NCBI GenBank assembly: GCA_951406725.2
Contig: OX597817.1
Span: 109,740,001 to 109,804,000 of the forward strand
Length of the DNA stretch: 64,000 nucleotides
Direction: 5' to 3'
Origin: Octopus vulgaris
Taxonomy: Eukaryota
The translations under genes were made by a program, and so were the position numbers. Of the stretch, positions 27,596 through 40,589 are shown one piece after another. The notes under the pieces were generated by a model. The model was not told where the DNA came from. It saw only the letters and a list, made by a program, of their open reading frames with translations, and searched no databases. The number at the start of each line of letters is the position of its first letter. Position 1 is the first letter of the stretch.

Positions 27596-28393
27596 TTTAT
27601 ATTGTATAGAGGGCATTATTACACATAAATGCCACACGCTAGGAGGAACTCTTAAAGTCATAACTACCAAATATAAACAAATTGTACCGAATGCAATTCT
27701 CAAAGCGAGTCATTTAAAAACAGAATTTTGCTCCATATAACCTGTGATTTTGCAATTAACGCCTTATACGCGTCCCTTGCTCTTCAGTGAAGCGAATCCA
27801 AAATATATCATAAATAAACAAAAACATCATACCAGGTGGACAACCGTCGCCGTCATCGTAGTATATGGAAATGTTTACCCATCATACATTTATGTAAATG
27901 GCGGGCTCTTTTGAATCGTATTTCAGGAGAAAACGTGCGTTTTCGGAACAAATTTTAAAAAATAGGATAAAATCTTAATAAGAAATCTTAACAAGAAATT
28001 ATCAAGTAGTTAGCGTGAAAAACCTCATAAGAGAAAAAAAAATGTAAATTTTTTTCTTTGAAAATATTTATTTATATTGTATAGAGGGCATTATTACACA
28101 TAAATGCCACACGCTAGGATCACAGGTGATATGGAGCTAAATTCTGTTTTTAGATGACTCGTTTTGAGAATTGCATTCGGTACAATTTGTTTATATTTGG
28201 TAGTTGTGACTTTAAGAGTCCCCCCTAGCGTGTGGCATTTATGTGTAATAATGCCCTCTATATAGTATAAATAAATATTTTCAAAGAAAAAAAAAATTAC
28301 AGTTTTTTTTCTCTTATGAGGTTTTTCACGCTAACTACTTGATAATTTCTTGTTAAGATTTCTTATTAAGATTTTATCCTATTTTTAAAATTT
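27596..28393 (-). repeat. 475-bp unit in partial tandem plus inverted copy (Penelope-like architecture)
   Basis: 27596-27642 repeats at 28071-28117. 28119-28393 is the reverse complement of 27748-27596 continuing into 28070-27950. Flanked by TA-rich tracts. Confidence 0.85.
27730..27793 (-). ncRNA. degenerate type I hammerhead motif
   Basis: GCUUCA-CUGAAGA-GCAA...UUGC-AAAA(G12A)-UCACAGGUUA-UA-UGGAGC. The inverted copy at 28119 keeps the paired stem III, UCAC-AG-GUGA. Confidence 0.55.
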
Positions 28394-28399
28394 ATATAC

Positions 28400-28456
<57 letters not shown>

Positions 28457-28912
28457 ACTCCATATATATATATTATATACGCATAATGTAATCTATCTAT
28501 CTATTTTAATATATATATATATATATGTGTGTGTGTGTATTAAAATAGATAGATAGATAGATATGTACGTTTGCTGTGAGCGTATGCATGTATGTATGTA
28601 TGTATAATAGCCACCCAACATTTTGAAATCTGAATACCTTTCCGGAAGTTTACACACACTCGCATATCTAGAATTACAACTAGAGAAAATGTGTTTATTT
28701 AGCTGTTTTCAACATCACCACGTCTAAATAACAATTCCAAGTCGTTAGGAATATACTACTCTGAAAAAACTGTTAGCTTCATACAGTTGATATATATATT
28801 TTTTAAAACTTTACTGCTATCATGTTTGATTTCCTTTATTATTGATTAATAATTTTTATTAATTTGTATATATGTCTGTGCGTGTATATATGCCTGTGCA
28901 TATATATATATG

Positions 28913-29051
<139 letters not shown>

Positions 29052-29092
29052 CATTTTATCACAAAGAAATTGTTAGTCACAGAAAATCAGCT

Positions 29093-29146
<54 letters not shown>

Positions 29147-29439
29147 AACACGCATACATATATACATACAAGTTGTTTGATGTTCTGTCGGTTTGAATAG
29201 CAAACATAACATTGAAATTACTAACTGATGTACAGCTTTGAATATATTGAACAGATGTACCTAGGTGCTGGTAGCAACGTAAATAAATAAATTCATAAAT
29301 ACATAATTACTTTATTTTTGTCATGAGAGTTAAAACCTCATATCCTTTTTCTGATTTCCTACTTATAAATCGAATATGATTTATTGAACCGAGATACTTC
29401 ATGCGAATACCTAATTGGTTATAGTTGCCTTTATTGTCG

Positions 29440-29635
29440 TTGTTGTTGCTTATCCCTCCGTTATTAGCGATCGATAGCGTTCTCTATGCGTGACCATTCC
29501 GTCTGAGTGGGGGGGGGGATATATTGGCTAATGTGATCTTCCTTCTTTTAAAGATGGCACGTTGTGATTTGAGGAAATTTGTCTGTTATCTCTAGCAGTT
29601 TAGTTAACATATGGGCACTCGCAATTGCTTCCATT
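29440..29635 (+). repeat. old interspersed repeat (family E)
   Basis: Motif ...TGTGATTTGAGGAAATTTGTCTGTTATCTCTAGCAG recurs degenerately near 22925, 37050, 39700, 49830, 51420 and 57810 (+) and near 30420 and 55200 (-). Confidence 0.55.
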
Positions 29636-29754
29636 GGATTTAAATAGTTTCACAAATAAATTCACGTCGTTTGCAAATGTTGTGTTTCAACATATCTTTT
29701 GATCGGTTAATTCAAATACAGAGGATGTAAGTAATGTAAATTTCTGGTTTTATC

Positions 29755-29915
29755 CAGTAAGGACACTAGGGCTGATAGCTGTCTCTTGATCATGGGATCG
29801 TGGTTTTCAAATCCTGGACCGTGTGGAACGCCAATCTTCTGGCAACGCATTTCATTTTACATTGTTCCAATCTACTCAACTGTAGTTATTAGCCGAGTGC
29901 TGGTGTACCCCAGCT
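29755..29915 (+). mobile_element. SINE family C, degenerate
   Basis: GATCATGGGATCGTGGTTTTCAAATCCTGGACC...CATTTCATTTTACATTGTTCCAATCTACTCAACTG is similar to 31992-32130. Confidence 0.5.
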
Positions 29916-31037
29916 CGCTCTCTCTCTCTCTCTCTCTCTCCTTCTAACCTGAATGTTTCATTGGGCTAAGGATGAAGGTACAGGACGGATGTTTATGTCT
30001 GTTCTTGCCCATATAGCCACCTAAAACAACTAATGAAAGCATGGTTCTTTTTTTCGAAGCCATACTTGCTCACAAGTGGTGCTGATTATATTACACTTGT
30101 ATGCTATGTTTATCAACCTTCAACATCGAGGTAGTACTGTATCTTATAAACTCGTTGATATTCCACTATGCCATTCAGTACAAAACTTTTGTAGTAAAAC
30201 AAGAAGAAAGAAGAATATTAATTTGTTTACAATCAACTACTCTTATCTAATTTCTTATTCTGACAACGATCTTTAATTTCTAGCAATTCGTCATTTTTTT
30301 TCTTTTTCTCTACAACTGTGGAAGATCATTAGAAACAAAATTGTTTCCAAGAGCAATAGTAAAAATAAAGTTTCCTACATTAAGTCAAATACGAACCGAT
30401 AAGAGAGCCTCTGCATGCGGCTACAAAACTAGTTGCCCCTAAATCACTTTCTACTCTCTTAAAGAAAGAAATAAAACATTGCACTTACGTCTGAATAAAA
30501 TAAGAAAAGTTAACCACCGCTAAAGCGTTTTTATCAACTGTCTAGCTGTTCAGGTGTACATGACTTAAGAATAACAGTAAAAACTCAGGTAAATGACAGT
30601 AAATATTAATCCTGTTACAGTTTATTGAGCAACAGTTCTCTGTGCATTTACGAAGGAATAAATGAAATTCAGTAGGGCCGCTCACAGATATTAATGAAAA
30701 GATTCTTGATAATTATATTAGAATTACCCAGTTTATTGTGTCTTTCAAAAAAAATTTAACATTTATGAATTTGGTGGTATGCGAAAATGAATTTTTTACA
30801 CCTGTTATAGATGATGTGAGTATCTTTACCTGAAATATTTTCTCTCCAAGCCGCAGACTTGGATAAAACTTTTGTGGAAGGCAAGTACTTTTGTAACATG
30901 CAGATCTTTGCTCCGATGTCTCTCATGTTATTCAAGAGAAAGGAAAAGCAGATACAGTTTCGTACTGTTGTCGTCGCAGGTGTCCCCGTCAGAACACAGA
31001 GAGTTAGATCAGACTCCGCTAGACACTTATTAACTCC

Positions 31038-31247
31038 GTCATTTTCTTTTTGTGCCTTATAATTTAACACACTCACCGGCAAAATTTCCACTTATTTCTT
31101 GTTTTTATTTTCTTAAAATTTTGACTGAAGTCTTGACTATTGAAAAGGTTGCAAGACGCAAAGAAAATTTTAGGAAAATAAAAATAAGAAATAAGTGGAA
31201 ATTTTGCCGGTGAGTGTGTTAAATTATAAGGCACAAAAGAAAATGAC
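31038..31247. repeat. fold-back inverted repeat, about 85-bp arms
   Basis: 31038-31122 is the reverse complement of 31164-31247 with few mismatches. (TA)n follows about 20 bp after the right arm. Confidence 0.9.
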
Positions 31248-31279
31248 TCTCCCCAGACACAACAGTATATACATATATG

Positions 31280-31316
<37 letters not shown>

Positions 31317-31991
31317 TACATATATACATATATACATATATAAATGAGAGAGAGATAGAGTGAGAGAGTGAGAGAGTGGGAGAGTTTAGTGGAAGATAAA
31401 AAAAGAAAGGGATGCACAGTTCTAAATTCATTACGTCAGAAACCTGAAATCCGTTGAGAAATTATATACACTAACTTTTCTTCTGTGCATAATCCCAATA
31501 AAATGTACAAATGAATATCTTAATCCGTTGACGCATGTAATTTGTAACTTCAAAGCTTATTAGTCGTCAAATATGTGGTTAATTCATGTATTTATAGCAA
31601 CAGTCAGCTTCTTTCAACGTATTTCAACGACATTCTGTTGGTATGGTACAAATGCAAAGAAAGAGCACTTGAAAAAGACTATTTTTAGGTATTGAATTTA
31701 AGTCATCGTATTTAATTTTACAGAGAATATTATTTCAAAACAAAAGACAGTAATAGAATATAGAAATAGCAAATAATATAGAATGTTTCATTAAACTCCA
31801 ATACGCAAAGCTTGCTTGAATCTCGTAACTCGTTACATCATTGGTGCTCCCTTCACGATTTGCCTTCATGTAGTTTATCATGAGTATGACAACTTACTTC
31901 CCTAGGTGTGCTCTATCTAATAAAATCCTTAAGTTATACAGTGGTCCCGCTCTTAACAGCAATGAAATATATTTCTTAATAGTATCAATTT

Positions 31992-32256
31992 GAGGAGGCG
32001 CGTGGCTTAGTGGTTAGGGTGTTAACATCATGATCGTAAGATTGTGGTTTCGATTTCTGGATCGGGCGACGCGTTGTGTTCTTGAGCAAAACACTTCCTT
32101 TCACGTTATTCCAGTTCACTCAGCTGACAAAAATGAGTAACTCTGCGATGGACTGACATCCCGTCCAGCTAGGGAACACATACGCCATTGAAACTGGGAA
32201 AGCGGCCCCATGAGCCTGGCTAGGCTTTAAAAGGGAGCATTTATTTTTTTATCTTA
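31992..32256 (+). mobile_element. tRNA-derived SINE family C, full length with TSD
   Basis: GGCGCGTGGCTTAGTGGTTAG (A box), GGTTTCGATTTC (B box), CORE-like CTTGAGCAAAACACTT. 16-bp TSD TTAATAGTATCAATTT at 31976-31991 and 32257-32272. Confidence 0.9.
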
Positions 32257-33654
32257 TTAATAGTATCAATTTACAACTAATAGTCAGCATCCTAACATTT
32301 TTAAAAACCCTGTAATGTGCCGAAAACCTAGTTTCTTGTTAAAGACCACCCTCGTCTAGCTATGAATTTTTGAAATTTTCATTTTTTATGAAGAAGACAA
32401 CATAATAAATTGGGTTCACAGAGACACTACAATATTTTTTAACACTACCACATCTTGCACTCTACATACAAAAAAGACATCAATTTCGTTGAATTAAGTT
32501 TTTCCCGTTGCCCTATTACTACTCCACAAATAAATAAGACTCAAAGTTTAGTGTAAAAAATGCTTACAATCAGCAAGAAAACCTAACCACAATTTACTAA
32601 TGATGTGCTTCCCCAGTCAACATGCTAGTCCTTCTATTGTCTACAATGGAACTGTCTTTGCACGATAAAATAAAAAAAACATTTACAATAGAATTTCCTT
32701 CCCTTCATAACAGGTCTCATTCTAAAGTTGCAATATAATGATATGATAGCATCTCTGCTTTTCTGACAAATTAGTGAAAACGTTTCTTCAAAATCCTGGA
32801 AAAGAGAAGTTTATTTTTTGTGTGAACAGGTTCCAAACATAGACTTGATTGAATACGTGTAACACCAAGTCAAAGTAGAATTCAAGTAAGGATTATTTGT
32901 TTTTTATTTGTTTGGTTTTCGTTTCTTTTCTCTTCTCTTTTCCTTCTTTTGTATTTTCATGAAGAGTGACACAAATTAGGTTCTGCATTATTGGAAAAAA
33001 ACCTTGCTGACAGTATGATTAAAAGGCTTTAAAAAGAAGTATCGGATAAAATAATCATAATTCTTGGATTAATAAATCTACTTGATAATCATAGCTCTAG
33101 TATTGATAATTAAATTTTGCTTATGAAATAATATGTATTCTCTTTCTAATCTCCATGTAATAGTTGATATATTTCAGCAAAATAAAAGGAACAAGTTTCG
33201 AAGTGAAAGAAAACAAATAAATAACTTTGCTACTGTTATAGTTTTATCTTTGTTATTTTTCCATCCCATATGAACGCAGCTACGTCTGAATTGTTCAAAT
33301 TACCGACATGTGTAAATGTAGCTTAAGCTCAGATGATTTGAGGACAGGTGCATCGCTCCAGTTTCATGGCATGAAACAAAGAGTATATCACACATTGGAT
33401 AGAATATCAGTTTAACACAAGTAATATTCTCAGATTATATTTTACCTATTTATATCAGCTAGGAGTACTCAAGCTGCACTGTGAAAAAAGTTCTGACAAA
33501 AGAAAACGCAACGAAATACCTTCAGCAAGTTTGAAATCTCGGTTAAACTTACCATACCCAATCAGCAATTTTTTTTTTAACATTGCTAGATTACAAAAGC
33601 TTAAAGGGAACTTTCCAAATCGCATCTTCCTTAGACTATTGCAAATACTAATAC

Positions 33655-33868
33655 TGGTTTTGAAATTTGGCACAAGACTAGTAATTTCGAGAGAAGGGTA
33701 AATCGATTACATCGACCCCAGTGTTCAACTGGTACTTATTTTATCGACATTGAAAGGATGAAAGTTAAAGTTGATCTCGGAGGAATTTGAAGTCAGAACG
33801 TGAAAACGGACGAAATACCGCTAAGTATTTTGCCCGGGAGAGCTATCGATTCTGCCAGCTCGCCGCCT
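33655..33868 (-). mobile_element. SINE family B, full length
   Basis: Minus strand starts GGCGGCGAGCTGGCAGAATCGATAGC. Candidate TSD AAATACTAATA at 33643-33653 and 33873-33883. Confidence 0.85.
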
Positions 33869-35046
33869 TTATAAATACTAATATTAAGGAAGTTGTATGT
33901 AGATCGCCAGATTATCTCCCGTTTGCATAGCTTGCATGATGACTACTTTCATCTGAGTCAAGTGGCTTTTCACATAATCCCTGACGCGGCAGTAGATTCT
34001 GAATCATTTATTGATTCACAATGTGTTGTAGTCAGTATGATTTTGCCATTGTAATGTATTGTAAATTCCTCCCGCTTCTCCCTCTTTTCTCTTCCTGATA
34101 CATGCACACACACACACACACACACACACGCATACACACATCTATATATATATATATATCCATATACATACATACATACATGCATATATATATATGCTCG
34201 CACACACACATATATATATAAGCCAATGTTTCTCTCTCTTCCATAATACATATATATCTATCATAAGTGTATGTGTGTGTATGTGTGTGTGTATGTGTGT
34301 GTGTGTATGTGTGTGTGTATGTGTGTGTGTGAGTGTGTTTATATAGTCATGCAATCTAAAACTTTCTTTCATTCAACAATTTGATGTTTAATTCAGCTGC
34401 TTTGTATTATTCATATTGTCGTATACCTTTCAAATACAGCATACAGGAAATTGAAGTTCTACAATGAATCCTAAACATAACTGAACAAGGTTAGAGGTTT
34501 GAGTCTTTTCATGACCTTAACAGCGATTAAGTGCTCAGTTGAAATAAATTCTAAATTTCCTTAGAAAGAATGTGTGTGCGTGCGTGCGTGTGCATACGTG
34601 TGTGTGTTCGTGTGTGTGTGCGCGCGTTTGTGGTTAATTGAAAAAGTAAGGGCAAATTATGTCTTATCATAAGGATCAGCTGCACATCAGAAATATTTTT
34701 TTCGAAAGCTATAAGAAAATATATTTACCAGCAGTCATTTCGAATCATACAGCTTTTCTATCAAGATTATAAACTGACAATTGTACTTATAGTAATTCGT
34801 ACATGTAGCTATGTTGCTAAATGCCTATGATATCTCAAAATGCTAATGCTTTGAAGGAAAGAAAGCGAACATCTAGCTCTCAACTTCGTAAATATTATTT
34901 GCAAGTGGAACAGTTAAAATCTGAAAGCGTTTTAAACGCTTAATTCTTTCCTGCTTTATCTAAAGTCTACTGATAGAGCTTCATTTCCTTGTTAGAAGCA
35001 AGCTTCGTTAAACGAAGAATGAACATAATTAGAATAAATATAAATA

Positions 35047-35492
35047 CAGGTACGGCTGTGTGGCTGAGAATTTCACTTCGTAACTTTTGAGTTTCGGGGT
35101 CACAACCACTGGACCGCACACTTGGGCAAGTCTCTAAAGCTATGATCCCGGCCCGTATAATGCCTTGTGAGTGAATATGAATTATGAATTTGATAGACAG
35201 AAACAATGCGAAAACTTTATGCATGCATATATATGTATATATATATATATATATATAATTTTGTTTTCAGAATGAGATAAAAAAAACGTTCTCATTTATC
35301 TCATTCTGAAAAAGAAATTTTATATATACACACACTGATATATGACCTACGTTGGACTCCTTATTCGCATAATCACCGAACCTGGAGCTTAACTATGGTC
35401 TATCCATCGCACTTACTCAGCATTACCTGACACCTTTGGGTCTTCCTGACACCTCTCATAACCCATATATATATATACATATATATATGCAT

Positions 35493-35580
<88 letters not shown>

Positions 35581-35583
35581 CCG

Positions 35584-35648
<65 letters not shown>

Positions 35649-35830
35649 GTGTATCTTTGTGTCTTTCAATAATGTTTGATGACCGGAGTTGGTTTGTTTA
35701 CACCTCCGTATGTGATCTCTTTAATGAAAGAAATCAATAGAATAAGTAGTAAAGTTAAACTAAGCAAGCTAAAAACCTCCAAGGCCGTGTTCCAGCATGG
35801 CCGCAGTCAAATGCCTGTAACAAGTAAATG
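35047..35830 (+). mobile_element. SINE family A split by microsatellites and insertions
   Basis: Head and CORE at 35047-35225; 3' end CCAGCATGGCCGCAGTCAAATGCCTGTAACAAG at 35790-35825; (GATA)n at 35493-35648 in between. Confidence 0.65.
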
Positions 35831-38244
35831 AATATGAACAGACTTTCGCTTTTCCAACACTCTTCTCCAGAATCTTCGAAATCTTTGCCAAATATTTTCA
35901 CTTTGCACTCTTCAAAACATATCATTCCGCTAAATTGTCTAAACTACTTGTGATATTAGTCATGTTTATGTGTTCTTTAGTATTCATTGATGTTCTTAAT
36001 GTGCTGCATCTATTTATATAAATTATGATATCTTCTAAGCCTAGTTCTTTTCTATTCCTCGTTATGAATCGTCGACCTAATTCTAATACTCCCTGGCGTC
36101 TATGATTAGAAATTCAACAGCAAATCAAAATATATCGTAACTAAGCCTCTTTTCTGTCATAGAGAGAGAAATGGTGATTACAAAGTGATGCTTACTCTCC
36201 TTCTCTTTGTTCATTTGATCGAAGGAGAATTATATTCGTTTAAAATTCTGTTTAATGCTATTTAAATCATACATTGTCTACTCTTCAGAAAAACCTAATT
36301 TCAAATTAAGCTTGAAGAGATATCCCCGAGAAACCGTATCATTAAACTGATCGAAAGTAGTTCATTGCTTTTCAAAGTAACAGGAATAGGAAGTCTTTTA
36401 AGTATTTGATCAAGTAAAGAATATACAAAATATGTCAAGAAAAATACATCTCAAGTTCTCATGAAATTGTACGTCTGCGCTTGGGTCAATATCTATCATA
36501 AGTTTATGCTTAAAATAAGAAGATTCTCATTACACAGATGCTTTTAGCATGTATCGACCATGTGATTCAGAAGGATTGAAGGTTAAACGTACCTAATCCG
36601 TTGTCATATTAACATACATTTTGTCAAATATATTCAGAAAATATATCTGCTTCTATGGGTAAAAGTTTACGCTTCACTTCACATTGTTATAGGAGGTTGT
36701 CTAGAACAACTTTTTGCAGTCAAACTGAATGATGTATATATTCAAATAAAATGCATTTTGTTTTCCATTTAGTTTCTTTAATCGTTAAGTCATTGCTTTT
36801 TATAGGAAATAATTCTACTAACCTTTCATTAAAGTACTTAAAATGTAAGGTGCCATTGCATATTGGATTAATACCGTTTGTGATTGCATACTAAGAAATT
36901 TCATTCACAAAACCGAAATATCTTAAAAGTACTGTTGTTTAACGCTAGAAACGACAGCTGATCAGAGATGTTTCATTCGTAACCATCCAGTTTTGTAAGA
37001 TTGACTAGAATCACATTAAGCAATGTATTTTCGCATTTGTGCAAACGGTGAAGCGTGTTTGAGAGAAAGAGAGATTTGACTGTTATTTCTAGCATATATT
37101 ATAACAATGTGAAGAATTTTATTTCCTTCTCCAGTTCTCTGGAAGAATTTGAAGGCACCATTATATCTATCCACTCGGCCAGATGTATCACTACAGTAAA
37201 TATAAGATATGAGAATACATAAAATATTACTCCGAATACTGTGAGAGTTCCAAAAAGTTTAAAAACAAAAAAGAAGAGGAACTTTTCAAATAATTTAGAT
37301 TTTTTAATTTGTGGTAGTGACCTGAGAAAAATATGTGGCTGGTGATTGGTTGATATGATATTTTAATATGAACAAGATACTTCTAGAAATTAGCTCATAT
37401 TGTATTATACATGTAAATAATAGTTTCGTAACAACATTTCTCTTACTTTCGATTTAGTACAGAATGCGAATAAAACTTTGCTTATCAAACTCAGTTTTTA
37501 TCTTAACTTTTATCTCAACATTTTAATGAACAAAATTTCGACTTTCATATCTTTGGGAATCAAATCTATCGTTTTTGCATCTATTTAAAAAGTTATTTTT
37601 AAATATATTTTTATAAAATGTAGCAAAAAAAACTACATCTTACATGCTAATTTATTCGTTGCATTAGATGTAGCTGTGCAGTATACTGGTTTCAAAAGTA
37701 TTTTTTCATTTAAAAGGTTTTTTAAAACGTCGCTGCACTTAATAATTTGGCAAATATACTCTAATTTTGCTAACAGGCATCAGGTGTTTCTCTTATGTTT
37801 GGTTGCTAAACTAAATCTTCCTTTGATTTCACACACTCCACCAAATCTCCAATCATCCTTCAAAAATGCATCAGTTAATGGAATTCGTCATTATTATCGT
37901 TGTGCTTGAATACAAAGTCTGAATCATTATTCTATAGAAATTATAACTTACTGAATTGTTTTCTTTAAGTTCAATTATAATTTACATTTTAATCTCTATA
38001 GCTTAACATTTGCCTCTCCTGAAGCCTGCCTGCTGTCGAGGCAATCTAAAGTATCTCCATTATTTCTTAGAAACCGAATTAATATTCTTTATATCAAGTA
38101 AAAGATTATTTCGAAAATTAACTTTATAATATATCTAAACGTAGCCACTTGCATGGTTTCCCTCCCTCCCTCTCTCTCCCTCTCTTTCTCTCTCTCCCCC
38201 CTCTCTCTCTCTCTCTCTCTCCTTCGCTCTGTTTATATATTTGT

Positions 38245-38520
38245 CTTTTATCTTTTATCTTGTTTCAGTCATTAGACTGCGGCCATACTGGGACACTACC
38301 TTGAGGAATTTTAGTCAAACTAATCATCCCTAGTGCTTATTTTATTTTTAACCGTAGTACTTATTCTATCGATGTCTTTTGCCGAACCGGTAATTTACGG
38401 GAACGTAAACACCCTGCTATACTGTGTAGTCGACAAAATCAAAAACAAACAATGCACATGCGCGATATTGAAAATATAAAATGGCGACCATTTACCCAAC
38501 GTACCCTGTATATGTGCTTG

Positions 38521-38571
<51 letters not shown>

Positions 38572-38731
38572 TATTGACAATTCTTGTCTTTTTTTCGGCA
38601 TATTTGGCATTAGAATTTTTCTTTTGCCCTTATCTTGTAAATTATTTATAAATTTAACCTTTAAAGGTATTTTTTGATTTGCTGGCCTTTGATAAAAAAA
38701 TTTTCCCGAAAGAAATGTTATCCTACATTAG

Positions 38732-38777
<46 letters not shown>

Positions 38778-38932
38778 TATGGGCTTCTTTCAGTTTCCAT
38801 CTTCCAAATCCACTCACAAGACTTTGGACAGCACGAGGCTATAATAGAAAATACTTGCCCAAGGTACCACGTAGTGTGATTGAATCCGGAACCAAGTGGT
38901 TAGGAAGCAAGCTTCCTACCACATAGCAACGC
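38245..38932 (-). mobile_element. SINE family A interrupted by nested insertions
   Basis: 3' half at 38245-38412, 5' half at 38780-38932. Between them lie a mariner-like end (...TTTACCCAACGTACCCTGTA), (TA)n and a piece of the 56551 family. Confidence 0.75.
38571..38733. repeat. copy of the TA-embedded element at 56551-56712, opposite orientation
   Basis: TTATTGACAATTCTTGTCTTTTTTTCGGCATATTTGGCATTAG...ATCCTACATTAGTTA is the reverse complement of 56551-56712. Flanked by (TA)n. Confidence 0.85.
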
Positions 38933-38969
38933 CATATATATATTACATATATATTTGTACACAATTATA

Positions 38970-39620
38970 CAGGGAAGGACTAAGATTTCAGAAGACCATA
39001 TATTTTTAACTCTCGGGAGGTATCCATTCCTTGTCCTCTCCTTATATATGGGTCTCTCAAAGGTGACATTTTTATCCTGTCCGAGTTACTTTCCCCAAAA
39101 AGTAACTGTTTTTAGGTAGTATTTTTTAGGTCGGTCATGTTTAACGTCATAAAAGAGAGCAAAACCCCTCGTATTTTCCACCAAAAATGCACATTTTGGA
39201 CTCATCAAATTTAATTTCAACGTCTTTAGGGAATTGGGTTATGAGATGCAGTTGCTTTTTGGTGTGGTTGGCACTTGGTCCATTCAGCTTCAGGTCATCA
39301 ACAATGAAAAAGTGAAACGTTGATAAAATCATCCTATACCTGCTATGGTTCGTGATCAAGTACGATAGGAAGCGTTAATGACAGAGCAAAGAGTAGTACT
39401 AACAACAAGAATGTCTTGTTGTTAGTATATGGTGTCAAATTCAAAATGTTCGTTGAAGACTCTAAGAAGTAGGGAGAGGTATTAGGCTTTAGTTAGGTGG
39501 TAGGTGGTAGCTACTAGTATTGGTCAGACTTTGGCCAGTTGCAGTGCTTAGATAATCCACCTATCTGATATACCATCAAAAACCTTTTGGTTGTCCAGCC
39601 ACATCATAGCTAAGTTTATG
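38970..39620 (-). mobile_element. R4/Dong-like LINE reverse transcriptase remnant
   Basis: Minus strand gives NLAMMWLDNQKVFDGISDRWII*ALQLAKV (WLDYxKAFD motif) and FHFFIVDDLKLNG...KQLHLITQFPKDVEIKFDESK (xxDDLKL catalytic motif). Confidence 0.8.
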
Positions 39621-40558
39621 TATGCTTAATCGTATGTATGCTTAATCGTATTGAATTACACTATTAAATGGGTTCTTCGTGCTTTAAACATTCGAATATG
39701 AATTGAAAGGGATTCTGTTGTTATTTATAATGACACGAGTGACCATGTGTAGGCTTTCTTGTTAGCTCAATATCTTTTTTCTATGCATGCGTTGTGTGTG
39801 TGTACCAGAACGAACAAAATAAGTGAAGCGAAATTGCCTCAATCACGAATTTGAAACAAGCATATAAAATAGATTTCAGTAACTCTTACTTATTGATTTA
39901 CGATATTCACCTACGCCCCTATTATTATCATTACTACGCAGTTACAATATTCATCTGCTACCAAAAGACTGAAACTTATACAAAACATTGTTCTAGAAGT
40001 TTATTACGGTTTAGAATTTGTTCCAGGTTATGCAAAGTTAATTTTCTATTGACTTTTTTTCTTGTGTTAACACAGCTACATATATGACTTCGAAAACCCA
40101 CACATTCCTAAATAATCAGAACATTTTAATTTATTCAGCAGCTGAACTTTAAGTTTTCTTTCGTCAAAGGTTATGATGGGGAAACAGGTTTGTTACAGCC
40201 ACTTTCAACAAGGTTCAATATCATATCGATTTCTTAATTTGGATCCATAGCATCAGGAACACGTTTCTCATCCGCTTTTAGCTAAAACATGGCGCTCGAG
40301 TTTTGACACTGACACTTAGCATACAACTTTATACTTATAGCATCAAATATGTCAGGATCAAAGTGAACCAGTTTTGACCTTGAAAGACCATTTGAGTTCT
40401 TCTGGCATTCATTATGAAGAATTCTGTCTATTTGTGGGTGTTTAGAAAGGTTACTTGAAAGAAAATCTATAAATCGATTAATAATTGTTACGTAATCTAG
40501 CATGTACACATGCATACACACATGTACACACATAAAAACATCCACACGTGCATATAAA

Positions 40559-40589
<31 letters not shown>

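Noticed and set aside
31992-32070. tRNA gene
   Set aside because: A and B boxes are present but there is no cloverleaf; it continues into a SINE body with a TSD. The same applies to the other SINE heads.
39619-39651. 16-bp tandem duplication TGTATGCTTAATCGTA x2
   Set aside because: Ordinary slippage-type duplication at a LINE edge with no further structure.
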